52,219 bases of DNA from a virus (taxonomy: Duplodnaviria > Caudoviricetes): positions 1-52,219 of IMG/VR virus record IMGVR_UViG_3300022217_000187. The stretch is one strand, 5' to 3'. Below are positions 37,985-47,300 of the stretch, piece by piece. Made by a program: the position numbers and the translations under genes. The notes beneath the pieces were generated by a model, which ran no database searches, had not been told where the DNA came from, and saw only the letters and a program-made list of their open reading frames with translations. Every line of letters begins with the position of its first letter. Positions within the stretch are counted from its first letter, which is position 1.

Positions 37985-38313
37985 AAACTGTAACACAAAA
38001 AACAAAATCACAGGTTATAAGAAAAAAAGTTTTACAATTTTTGAGAGAGAATAAAAGCTTTACTTCAGTAGATATCGGTAATGATATTAAAGCAGAAAGA
38101 GGGCCATCTAGAGCATTTATTAGAAATCGTGATGTTTCAGAGTGGCTTAGAAGAAATTTCATGAGAGTAGCTTATGAAAATAGATATGTTTATAATTCAA
38201 CATTAATTCAAGTAGATGGGGATATTGGTCTTACTATGGCTTATTTATATCATCCTTATAGTATACCAGCTGATTCCTATTTAGATAGAGATCAAAAGGC
38301 AAAAAGTATATAA
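37981..38313 (+). CDS. hypothetical protein, possible winged helix
   Basis: FTSVDIGN.IK...RNRDV. Confidence 0.55.
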   Translation: MKTVTQKTKSQVIRKKVLQFLRENKSFTSVDIGNDIKAERGPSRAFIRNRDVSEWLRRNFMRVAYENRYVYNSTLIQVDGDIGLTMAYLYHPYSIPADSYLDRDQKAKSI

Positions 38314-38585
38314 AATATATTAAATTGGAGAATAAGTAAATGTGGTATGAAAGATTTCTTTTATGGTTATTTTTCTGTTTTATAATTTTTATTAGTATTT
38401 CACCAATTATAATAATTTATAATGGAATTAAATAACATATTAAATTTAAAAAATGGGCCGAAAAAGATAAAAATTTAAATTCACTTTTTTCTTTTATCAT
38501 GATAATCGTGATTATAAATCTGCTAAAAGAATACATAGAGAAATAATAGAAAATATGAAGAATTTATAAATTTAATGGAAGATAT

Positions 38586-39263
38586 ATGGCAAAATATGCA
38601 TTTATAATTTGTACTCAAAATAATATTTTAAAAGAAGAAACTAATAAATGGATATCTAATCTATTTCCTAAAAATACTCAAATTATATTTCAAGAAGGAT
38701 ATGATTCAATATTTAAAGCATATAATGATGGTATAAGTCAATTAGAAATAGATGTAGATTTTTGTTGTTTTTGTCATGAAGATATAAATGTAGAATCTAT
38801 TAATTTAAGATCATTAGAAAAAAAATTAAAAGATTCTAAAATCGGGTTTATTGGAGTAGCTGGTGCAAAAAAATTATCGGCATCGGGTATGTGGTGGGAA
38901 GGATATTCTGGTAAGCCTCATCCCAATCTATCTGGTAAAGCAGGTCATCAAAAAATTGAAAACAATCAATTAAAAAGATGGATTAATAATTATGGCTCAA
39001 TAGGACCTGTTCAAGTCTTAGATGGAGTTATTTTGTTTTGTAGAAAAGATTTATTATATAAAATCGAGTGGGATTCTAACTATTTTTCAGGGTGGGATTT
39101 TTATGATATATCGATAACATGGCTGGCTAATCATTTAGGCTATAAAAATATTACTTTTAGTGGAATTGAGCTATATCATTGGGGCTTGGGACATATGAGG
39201 GATGATTATGATAATGTAAGACAAAAATTTTTAAAATGGATATGTACATTACTTCTACGTTAG
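38586..39263 (+). CDS. GT2-like glycosyltransferase
   Basis: SIFKAYN.G, FCHED, GVAG, VLDG and WDFYD motifs. Confidence 0.8.
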   Translation: MAKYAFIICTQNNILKEETNKWISNLFPKNTQIIFQEGYDSIFKAYNDGISQLEIDVDFCCFCHEDINVESINLRSLEKKLKDSKIGFIGVAGAKKLSASGMWWEGYSGKPHPNLSGKAGHQKIENNQLKRWINNYGSIGPVQVLDGVILFCRKDLLYKIEWDSNYFSGWDFYDISITWLANHLGYKNITFSGIELYHWGLGHMRDDYDNVRQKFLKWICTLLLR

Positions 39264-39362
39264 ATATATGGAAAGTAGAAGAAGTAATGTACATATCAAA
39301 ATAATTCTTGACCTAATTTTCATTTCATTATATAATTTATTTAAAAATAAGGAGGATTGAAA

Positions 39363-39539
39363 ATGGAATCAGAAATTTGTCCAAAATGTGGTAGAACAGA
39401 ATATATTAATATGGGAATTGAAGAAACTGGACAATGTAGTAAATGTAACGAATTAGAAAAATCTGGAAAGAAATTAACAAATTCATATTGCCAATATGAA
39501 TATAAACCTACTGATGGAATGCTATATATTGACCTATGA
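39363..39539 (+). CDS. small zinc-finger protein
   Basis: CPKC/CSKC; promoter at 39308-39336. Confidence 0.55.
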   Translation: MESEICPKCGRTEYINMGIEETGQCSKCNELEKSGKKLTNSYCQYEYKPTDGMLYIDL

Positions 39540-39751
39540 TTGAAATAATTGCTTTTATTTTATCAATACTTGGTATTATTTTAAATGCTAAGAAAAATGA
39601 TTTGTGTTGGATATTATGGATTATATCCTGTTTCTTTTGGATATATCATTTTATATTAATAAAAGAATGGATTTTATTAGCTACTTGGGTATCATTTTTG
39701 ATTGCTGATATTTATGGGTTATATCAATGGAGGAAAACAGCTGAAAACTAG
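39536..39751 (+). CDS. short PnuC-like membrane protein
   Basis: Three TM helices; LNAKK..CW..W...IYGLYQW. Confidence 0.6.
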   Translation: MIEIIAFILSILGIILNAKKNDLCWILWIISCFFWIYHFILIKEWILLATWVSFLIADIYGLYQWRKTAEN

Positions 39752-40655
39752 AGTAATAATTGACGTAAATCACATGAGCATACGGTGTCTCTTCGCTAAT
39801 GCTAAAAATTTTGGTAATCCTGAACCAGAATTACAACTTCATAAACACATGTTTTTGACAACCCTATTTTCTGCTTTGGGTAAATTTTCTCCAGATGAAG
39901 TAGTTCTCGCTGTTGATGGTAAAGGAAATTGGCGAAAATCTATCTATAAATCTTATAAGGAGAATAGAAAAATAGATAGAGAAAATGATCTATTTCCGTG
40001 GGATGAATATTTTAGTCACTTTGAAGAATTAATAAAGGGTATTAAATCTACATTCCCATTTAAAGTAATTCATATTCCTCGAGTTGAAGCTGATGATATA
40101 GCAGCTGTTATTGTTAAACATTCTACAGGATATAGAAATATTTTAGTAACGAGCGACCAGGATTATATTCAATTGCTTCAACATAAAAATACTAATCTTT
40201 TTGATCCAATGAAAAATAAATGGGTTCAAGAAAAAGATCCTAAAAGGGCATTAGAATTGAAAATTATGATAGGTGATAAGTCTGATAATATTCCAGCTAT
40301 TAAACCTAGAGTTGGTATCAAAACTGCTATGAAAATTCTTGATACTGAAGATAAATTTGAGCAAGTACTAAAAGAAGAGATTGAAATTAAAAATAAAGAT
40401 GGTGAAATAGTTAAAACTGAAAAAGTTAAAGATAATTATAATAGAAATAAAAAATTAATAGACATGGATTTTATACCTAATGTAATAATAAAAGAAGTAT
40501 TAAAAAGATATGATAAATATAAAATACCTATTTATAATACAATGTCAATTACAGAATATTTTATAGAAAATCAATTAAGAGAACTCAATAGTAAAGTATC
40601 ACAAATTATGATGACTTTAAAATCGTTGAGGGAAGATAGAGAGGAATTTTTTTAA
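39741..40655 (+). CDS. rnh: T4-type RNase H / 5'-3' exonuclease (probable CTG start)
   Basis: IID, WRK.IY..YK.NR, EADD, SDQDY.QL and GDKSDNIP motifs. Confidence 0.92.
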   Translation: MKTRVIIDVNHMSIRCLFANAKNFGNPEPELQLHKHMFLTTLFSALGKFSPDEVVLAVDGKGNWRKSIYKSYKENRKIDRENDLFPWDEYFSHFEELIKGIKSTFPFKVIHIPRVEADDIAAVIVKHSTGYRNILVTSDQDYIQLLQHKNTNLFDPMKNKWVQEKDPKRALELKIMIGDKSDNIPAIKPRVGIKTAMKILDTEDKFEQVLKEEIEIKNKDGEIVKTEKVKDNYNRNKKLIDMDFIPNVIIKEVLKRYDKYKIPIYNTMSITEYFIENQLRELNSKVSQIMMTLKSLREDREEFF

Positions 40656-40913
40656 TGAAAAATGAAAAAAATAATTTGGATATGGAAATACATATAATTG
40701 ATCATCATGTGGGTGTCATATTAAAGGAGTGAATTCCCTTCACTTCGGCATATGTTGTGATGTAACATATGAAAAAATATATTGTTGATGGTAAAGTAGA
40801 TATGATATTATGGGCAGCAGTAAAACAAAAATGTAGAATAAAGGGGCAAGGAATAGAATAATGAAAATTTGTACTAGATGTAATAAAAATAAAAATATAG
40901 GAGATAAAATAAG

Positions 40914-41924
40914 ATGTCTAAAGGTGTAGAGGAATTAAACTCCGTAATAATCGAAATTGATAAAACATTAGAATTTAGTACACCTAAAACCAGAAAACCA
41001 GCTGAATTTAATAAAGAAATTTCTCAAGTTAACCGTTCGAATGAAGATGGATCAACTATTGATAAATCTTTTACTAAGGAGGTCGTAAGAGACTGTATAT
41101 TTGGAGACTTTAGACATAAGAATTATCTTACTTATCTTAAAATGTGTTGGTCGACGCATTATGGTATTATTCTTAAACCTGACTTTATTTGGTATACTAT
41201 CTTAGGTGAGATATCTCAAATTATTTGTAAGTCACATCAAACATATAGAGAGTTATTTACTGATAGTAGTGAAATTAAAGAAATTAAAGTATTAACAGGA
41301 GATCCTCAATTAATATCTTTAAACCTATTAATTTCAGAACTTAAAAAATTAGTACCATTAGATATTGAAACATTTTTACCTTCATTTACCACGTCTAATT
41401 TAGAGTCAGAAATGGCTTTTAATGCAGCCTTTTGTGAAATGTCATCGCCGTTTTATAACTATTCAATGTATTTATGTGGGATTTCAAAAGTAAAAGTATA
41501 TGGTACTCATGAAGATTGGAATAAAATAGTTTTATTAATAGAGAAGATTAAAGAAATAATGCTTTCATTAAAGGGAGGAATAGATAAAGATCTAGAAAAC
41601 TATTTTTCACGTATTATAAATATTACAAAATCTATTGTTACTAATTTAAGAGAAGATTCTCAAGATTTTTGGAAGAATATCTTTGAACTCGAGAGATGTG
41701 GGTCAGGTGGACAAGTAGAAGTTAAAGGATGGTTTCGTGACTTCTACTACATACTTCCATCTGTAAAATATGTAGAGAATTTTTCGTCATCAATATCAAA
41801 AGTCTCATATACGTATCTACCTACAGGACAAAAATACGAACTTAGTTATGGTTTATTTTCCTCGAATATTAGTCAAGATTATCTTGACCCTGAGTTTGGT
41901 TATATTATTAACGAAATTAAATAA
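40914..41924 (+). CDS. DUF4419-like protein
   Basis: L.PD.IW..I, P.FTT, Y...CGI..V...GT.EDW and SG....GW motifs. Confidence 0.7.
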   Translation: MSKGVEELNSVIIEIDKTLEFSTPKTRKPAEFNKEISQVNRSNEDGSTIDKSFTKEVVRDCIFGDFRHKNYLTYLKMCWSTHYGIILKPDFIWYTILGEISQIICKSHQTYRELFTDSSEIKEIKVLTGDPQLISLNLLISELKKLVPLDIETFLPSFTTSNLESEMAFNAAFCEMSSPFYNYSMYLCGISKVKVYGTHEDWNKIVLLIEKIKEIMLSLKGGIDKDLENYFSRIINITKSIVTNLREDSQDFWKNIFELERCGSGGQVEVKGWFRDFYYILPSVKYVENFSSSISKVSYTYLPTGQKYELSYGLFSSNISQDYLDPEFGYIINEIK

Positions 41925-41933
41925 AATATTTGC

Positions 41934-41962
41934 TTGACTTTAGTTTTATGATATTATATAAT
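41934..41962 (+). promoter_or_regulatory. repeated early promoter
   Basis: Identical to 4510 and 24165. Confidence 0.85.
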
Positions 41963-41999
41963 TATAAATTAAATAAAGGTATTGAAAAGGAGATTGAAA

Positions 42000-42185
42000 A
42001 TAAATATTAAAGAAACTGATATAATTATCATTGATAGTGGTGCTACTTTTGAAGGTACTCTAGAACAATTTGAAGATTGTTTCTTTTCTAATGCTAAATA
42101 TGAGTCTATTAAAGAGTGGTGCGATAAAAATAAGTCAATTTTAGAAATTAAAGAAAAGGAGATTGAAATTGAAAACAGCAATTGA
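42000..42185 (+). CDS. hypothetical protein (possible ATA start)
   Basis: AAGGAGATTGAAA-ATA in frame; FEGTLEQFEDCFF. Confidence 0.5.
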   Translation: MNIKETDIIIIDSGATFEGTLEQFEDCFFSNAKYESIKEWCDKNKSILEIKEKEIEIENSN

Positions 42186-43518
42186 AATTTGTAAAACTTT
42201 AAATAAAGCTAATTTTGAAGCTTATATTGTTGGAGGATGGGTACGTGACAATATTCTTAGCATAGAATCTTCTGATATTGATATTGCTACAGATGCCACT
42301 CCTGAAGAAGTAACTAAACTTTTCAAGTCAGATCATATTAATATTATTCCTACTGGCATTGATCATGGTACAGTTACTATTATTCATGAACAACTCAATC
42401 CTAGAATTGGATACGAACTCACCACTTATAGACGGGATATTTCTACCGATGGTAGAAATGCTACTGTCGAATTTGCTAAAACTATTGAGGAAGATTTATC
42501 TCGTAGGGATTTTACGATGAATGCCATAGCTTATGATCCTATTGATGATATTTATGTTGATCCATATGGAGGAGTTCTTGATATTCATAATAAGATTATT
42601 AGATGTGTTGGTGATCCAAATGAAAGATTTAAAGAAGATTATTTGCGTATGCTAAGAGCTCTTAGATTTAGAGCTACTTTAAATTTTGAGATAGTACCTG
42701 ATATTTACATGGCTATTAATACAAATGCACATTTAATTAAAAAAATCTCTTCTGAAAGAATTAAAATGGAGATTGATAAATGTTTTGAGAAATCTAAATT
42801 TCCTTCGGCTATATTTAGACAAGGTATGGAATTATTTCATCATATTATTCCAGAACTTTCAGAATGTATGGAATTTCTGCAAAATAAGCATCATGCATAT
42901 GATGTATTTTATCATACTATGAACGCTTTAGATGCGGTTCCTAAAGAACATCCTCTTATTAGATGGGCAGTTCTTTTTCATGATCTCGGTAAGCCAGAAA
43001 GTTGTAAAGATTATGGTACATCACATGCTAGTTTTCATGCACATGAAATTATTTCAGAGAGAATTGCAAAAGATATCATGGCTCGATTAAAATTCTCTAA
43101 TAAAGATATGGAGTATATTTTAAATCTTGTTAGAAATCATATGTTTTGTGGAAGTAAAGAAATGAAAGATAGTGCAGTTAGAAGATTTGTTTCTAAAATT
43201 GGTCCTGAAAATGTAGATGCTATGTGTATTTTGAAATATGCAGACAGGGTCGGGAATGGAACAAAACCAGTAAGCGAATTGAACATTGATAATACTTTTC
43301 TTAAAAGTAGATTTGAAAAAATTTTGAAAGAGGAAAATGCTTTCAAAATTAAAGATCTTGCTATTAATGGGCATGATATTATGGAAATTTTAAATATTCC
43401 AGGTGGTAAAAAAGTGGGTGATATTTTAAAAGATCTATTTGAACAAGTTATGGAAGATCCTACTTTAAATAATAGAGAAACTTTAATTGTTATGGTAAAG
43501 GAGATTGAAAATGGATAG
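42169..43518 (+). CDS. cca: CCA-adding tRNA nucleotidyltransferase with HD domain
   Basis: VGGWVRD, DIDIAT, EDLSRRDFTMNA, RF.ED.LR.LRA.RF and HDLGK motifs. Confidence 0.92.
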   Translation: MKTAIEICKTLNKANFEAYIVGGWVRDNILSIESSDIDIATDATPEEVTKLFKSDHINIIPTGIDHGTVTIIHEQLNPRIGYELTTYRRDISTDGRNATVEFAKTIEEDLSRRDFTMNAIAYDPIDDIYVDPYGGVLDIHNKIIRCVGDPNERFKEDYLRMLRALRFRATLNFEIVPDIYMAINTNAHLIKKISSERIKMEIDKCFEKSKFPSAIFRQGMELFHHIIPELSECMEFLQNKHHAYDVFYHTMNALDAVPKEHPLIRWAVLFHDLGKPESCKDYGTSHASFHAHEIISERIAKDIMARLKFSNKDMEYILNLVRNHMFCGSKEMKDSAVRRFVSKIGPENVDAMCILKYADRVGNGTKPVSELNIDNTFLKSRFEKILKEENAFKIKDLAINGHDIMEILNIPGGKKVGDILKDLFEQVMEDPTLNNRETLIVMVKEIENG

Positions 43519-43723
43519 TACGATTGATAAACCAATAAATTTGCAGCATGCTGCAAATTGTGCATTATGGCTTCTTTCTCAACCTGAGTTGAAATCTATA
43601 ATTGATGGAGAATGGGGAGATCCTATTGCTATTAAAAATTTTCTTGAAGAATCTGGGTGTGTTCCAAGCTGTCAACCATTAAAAATTAAAAATAATAGAG
43701 TGAAGGAGATCGAAAATGGATGA
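43511..43723 (+). CDS. hypothetical protein, cassette flanked by direct repeats
   Basis: Ends VKEIENG, like the preceding gene. Confidence 0.6.
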   Translation: MDSTIDKPINLQHAANCALWLLSQPELKSIIDGEWGDPIAIKNFLEESGCVPSCQPLKIKNNRVKEIENG

Positions 43724-44161
43724 TTCGTGTGATGGTATTCATACTACATGGCACAATTTTGTAGATTATTTTAAAAAATGGTATTTTACCCTGGAAGCTA
43801 GATGGGTATTTTCTTCATTTGGTAAAAATAAAAAGCTTAAACAAACTACTAGAAAATATAAAGTATTTGATATTTCTCAGATAATTGGATATAAAGCAAT
43901 GTGTAAAATTAAAAGATACATAAAAAAGAATTCTGAAATAAGAGAAATAAGATGCGATGATTATGCGCATGCAGGGTCTAATTTATTTTTAATACCACAT
44001 GAAAATGATAAAGAATATTGGGCACTACTGTTTTATTTGTTCCACAATGTACTCATGAGCAAAATACATTTTTTCTATACCCGGATCATTTAGATAATTT
44101 AATTGAAGAGTTACAAGAAATTCAAAAGAGACAAAAAGAAAAACCAGAAGGAGTATTTTAA
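43716..44161 (+). CDS. hypothetical protein with apparent frameshift near 44020
   Basis: Adding one G in TGGGC gives YWGTTVLFVPQC..., running to a stop just before the rnl2 start. Confidence 0.5.
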
Positions 44162-45205
44162 GTGAAAAAATTTATAAGCTACCCAAGCATTCATCAATTT
44201 AGAAATGTAGTTAAACAAATAAGTTTACATGCGGCTTATATAGGAAAAGATGAAAATGATAATCCTATATATGATGGAACTTTACCTAAACCTATAGTAA
44301 CATTTACTGGAACTGTGAAGATCCATGGAACGAACTCCAGTGTATGTTTTAATGCTAAAGAGGGTTTGTGGACTCAAAGTAGAAGTAGAATTATTACTCC
44401 TGAAAATGATAATGCTGGGTTTGCTGCATTTGTTTATTCTAAACAATTAGCATTTTTAAATTTTATAGGAGATATTCAAGAATCTCATCAAATAGACTTA
44501 GATAGAAACACCATTTCTATCTACGGTGAATGGTGTGGTAAAGGAATTCAAAAAGGGGTAGCAATAAATGAATTACTTAAAATGTTTGTTGTTTTTGGTG
44601 CTAAAATAACTCCACATAATGAAGAAGAATCAGCATATTGGATAGATATTTCTAATATCGTTGCTGAAGATGAAAAAGATAAAATTTATAATATATATCA
44701 ATTTCCAATCTATAAAATTGATATAGATTTTAATGATCCTAAAGCTTCACAGAATAAGATAATCGATATGACTTTAGAAGTGGAAGCAGAATGTCCAGTA
44801 GCTAAAGCATTTGGAGTATCTGGAATTGGAGAGGGAATTGTATTTAGTTCTAATTATAAAGGTAATAATTATCGATTTAAATCAAAAGGTGAAAAACATA
44901 CTACTTCTAAAGTAAAGAAACTATCTAAAGTAGATAATGAAAAAGTTGCTAAAATTAATGAATTAGTTAATATTATAGTTAGACCATTTAGACTTGAGCA
45001 AGGAATTCAAGAAACATTTAATACTTTAAATGGTGGAGAAATTGATAGAAAAAGTTTAGGTAATTTTATTAAATGGGTAGTAAATGATACTATTAAAGAA
45101 GAATTAGATCTTATAGTTGAAGCAGAATTAGAACCTAAAGAGGTATCTAAATCTATTTCAATTTTAGCTAGAAATTACTTTTTTAAATTAGAAAAGGAGA
45201 ATTGA
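44162..45205 (+). CDS. RNA ligase 2 family
   Basis: KIHGTN, YGEWCGKGIQ, EGIV and FKSKGEKH motifs. Confidence 0.88.
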   Translation: MKKFISYPSIHQFRNVVKQISLHAAYIGKDENDNPIYDGTLPKPIVTFTGTVKIHGTNSSVCFNAKEGLWTQSRSRIITPENDNAGFAAFVYSKQLAFLNFIGDIQESHQIDLDRNTISIYGEWCGKGIQKGVAINELLKMFVVFGAKITPHNEEESAYWIDISNIVAEDEKDKIYNIYQFPIYKIDIDFNDPKASQNKIIDMTLEVEAECPVAKAFGVSGIGEGIVFSSNYKGNNYRFKSKGEKHTTSKVKKLSKVDNEKVAKINELVNIIVRPFRLEQGIQETFNTLNGGEIDRKSLGNFIKWVVNDTIKEELDLIVEAELEPKEVSKSISILARNYFFKLEKEN

Positions 45206-45208
45206 AAA

Positions 45209-45862
45209 ATGAACAAACCGATTAAACCAATGAAAGCCTATTATTTTGGAACCAAAGATCGTCAATTGCGATATGGCGACAATAGACACATCATGATAGA
45301 CAGAACTCATAAAGTTGACGGACCGCCTATTTTATGTGAACATGGTCTACATGGTTCCATAAAGGCCATGGATGCCTTACGATATGCACCAGGACCAATC
45401 CTCTATGAGGTCGAGCTGAGTGGTCAACTAGACATTGGTGATGACAAGATAGCGGCCACCGAACGCAAATATCTCAGGTCCTTCGATGCCACCGATTTGC
45501 TTCGAGAGTTTGCTCGCCGACAGGCTATGATCAACATCACCAAAATCAAGCCTTATTGCTCCGCTGAAGACTATAATCTGATAGTTGATTGGCTGGAGAC
45601 TGGAAACGAAGAGATTAGAGAGGCAGCAGCAGAGGCAGCGTGGTCAGCAAGGGTAGCTGCAGGGGTAGCTGCAGGGGCAGCTGCAGGGGCAGCAGCATGG
45701 ACAGCAGCAAGGACAGCAGCAAGGGTAGCAACAGCAGCAGAGTCAGCAGAGTCAGCAGCAAGGACAGCAGCAAGGGTAGCAACAGCAGCAGAGGCAGCAA
45801 GGTCAGCAGCAAATGAAATGCTAGAAGAAATGATAGAGAACCACTTTAAAATTAAAAATTAA
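45209..45862 (+). CDS. phage protein with Ala-rich repeats, paralog 2
   Basis: About 400 nt near-identical to 37442 onward; different and longer repeat tract. Confidence 0.8.
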   Translation: MNKPIKPMKAYYFGTKDRQLRYGDNRHIMIDRTHKVDGPPILCEHGLHGSIKAMDALRYAPGPILYEVELSGQLDIGDDKIAATERKYLRSFDATDLLREFARRQAMINITKIKPYCSAEDYNLIVDWLETGNEEIREAAAEAAWSARVAAGVAAGAAAGAAAWTAARTAARVATAAESAESAARTAARVATAAEAARSAANEMLEEMIENHFKIKN

Positions 45863-45870
45863 TTATTTAC

Positions 45871-45899
45871 TTGACTTCAATTTTATGATATTATATAAT
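45871..45899 (+). promoter_or_regulatory. repeated early promoter
   Basis: TTGACT-N17-TATAAT, closely similar to 4510. Confidence 0.8.
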
Positions 45900-45937
45900 T
45901 ATAATATAAATTAAATAATTAAAAAAGGAGATTGAAA

Positions 45938-46720
45938 ATGAAAAAAGAATATGATTTTGAAATAGAAAAAAGAAATGTTCAGGTAGCTGGTAGCGGGTTA
46001 ATCCCAAATCTTAAAGCTATTGTTAGAAAGGATAATAATAATATCCTAGCTACAGTATCTGATAGATATCAAATTGTTACTCATTCTCAAGTAGTAGATC
46101 AATTTGAAGTGGCTCTAAATAGTTTAGGAGGATCATTTAAGAATAGAAATATTGTTACTACTCTTCCATATAATGGGGCTAAAATGTTAAGAAAATATAC
46201 CTTTCCGGATATTAGAATTAATATAGGTAAAGATAAAATTACCGGTAAAGATGATGAATTTGATTTAACTCTTGAACTTAGAAACTCATATGATGGTTCT
46301 ATGAGAGTTGGGTATTCATTTGGAGCATATAGATTATTATGTTTAAATGGAATGTTTATAGGTAGTAAATTCGTTGAAATGATGTCAAAACATTTCAGTT
46401 CGATTGATGTAGATAATATGACTCAAAATCTTAAAAATTGCCCAGAAATTCTTGAAATGCAGCTTGATAAATGGGAACAATGGAAATCTACATCAATGAC
46501 TGAAGAAGAAGTTGAAAATGATCTTTCTAAAATTAATATTCCTAAAAAATATATTAGAATGATGATAGAAAGATTTAAAAAGGAAGAGTCTACTAAATAT
46601 GGCTTTTATAATGCTACTACAAACATTATAACTCATTCTATTAAAGCTAGAAAAGATGAAGCTAATACTAGATGGAATCAACTAAACTTTGAAAATGAAA
46701 TATCTAAATTATTTTATTAA
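45938..46720 (+). CDS. DUF932/DUF945-family protein
   Basis: VSDRYQIV, NSYDGS, RLLCLNGM and Y..YNA.T motifs. Confidence 0.8.
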   Translation: MKKEYDFEIEKRNVQVAGSGLIPNLKAIVRKDNNNILATVSDRYQIVTHSQVVDQFEVALNSLGGSFKNRNIVTTLPYNGAKMLRKYTFPDIRINIGKDKITGKDDEFDLTLELRNSYDGSMRVGYSFGAYRLLCLNGMFIGSKFVEMMSKHFSSIDVDNMTQNLKNCPEILEMQLDKWEQWKSTSMTEEEVENDLSKINIPKKYIRMMIERFKKEESTKYGFYNATTNIITHSIKARKDEANTRWNQLNFENEISKLFY

Positions 46721-46722
46721 AA

Positions 46723-46881
46723 ATGAAAAGAAAAATGAAAAAAGTAAGGAACCCATTTGCTCCGGCTGCTAATAGTAAAAATAGTGCCGGAGCAATGGGT
46801 AAGATTGGTAAATTTAAAAATAAAGCTGAACGTAAGAAAATTAAGCAAAAATTAAAGAATGAAAAATATAAGGAGGATTGA
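46723..46881 (+). CDS. small basic protein (52 aa) with internal RNA hairpin
   Basis: Manual translation MKRKMKKVRNPFAPAANSKNSAGAMGKIGKFKNKAERKKIKQKL... Confidence 0.55.
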   Translation: MKRKMKKVRNPFAPAANSKNSAGAMGKIGKFKNKAERKKIKQKLKNEKYKED

Positions 46882-46884
46882 GAA

Positions 46885-47229
46885 ATGAGATTGTCTAAAA
46901 GAAAGGCATTAGAAATCTGTATTGAGCTATGGTCATGGCTAGGTTCTACTGGAAGCGCATATAAAGAAGAATGGCCAGGATGGAAAATAAATGGTGGTAA
47001 ATATCCTGAAATGAAACTTTATTGTTCATTATGTGAATATGATAGTTATAGGCATTATCATAATAAAACATATAAATCAGGATGTTATTATTGTCCTTTG
47101 AAAAAAGAATTAAATTATTGTGGGAGAAATAGCTTATTTTATAAATGGAATATATTTTCAGGTGATAAATCTATACATGCTAGACAGATTAGGGATTTAG
47201 CCATTAAAGCCTTAAACGAATTAAAATAA
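46885..47229 (+). CDS. Cys-rich phage hypothetical protein
   Basis: CSLCEY...CYYCPL. Confidence 0.65.
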   Translation: MRLSKRKALEICIELWSWLGSTGSAYKEEWPGWKINGGKYPEMKLYCSLCEYDSYRHYHNKTYKSGCYYCPLKKELNYCGRNSLFYKWNIFSGDKSIHARQIRDLAIKALNELK

Positions 47230-47241
47230 AAAAATTTATTC

Positions 47242-47270
47242 TTGACACTGTTATTTACTTATTATATAAT
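47242..47270 (+). promoter_or_regulatory. sigma70-type promoter
   Basis: TTGACA-N17-TATAAT. Confidence 0.75.
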
Positions 47271-47300
47271 TAAGTTATAAAAAATTAGGAGGCTTATAAA

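Noticed and set aside
45615-45812. Leu-rich minus-strand ORF, and other antisense ORFs inside large genes
   Set aside because: Reverse-complement artefacts of GCA repeats or of coding sequence.
37442-45862. Diversity-generating retroelement TR/VR pair
   Set aside because: Differences are not adenine-specific, both copies are full genes, and there is no reverse transcriptase in the window.
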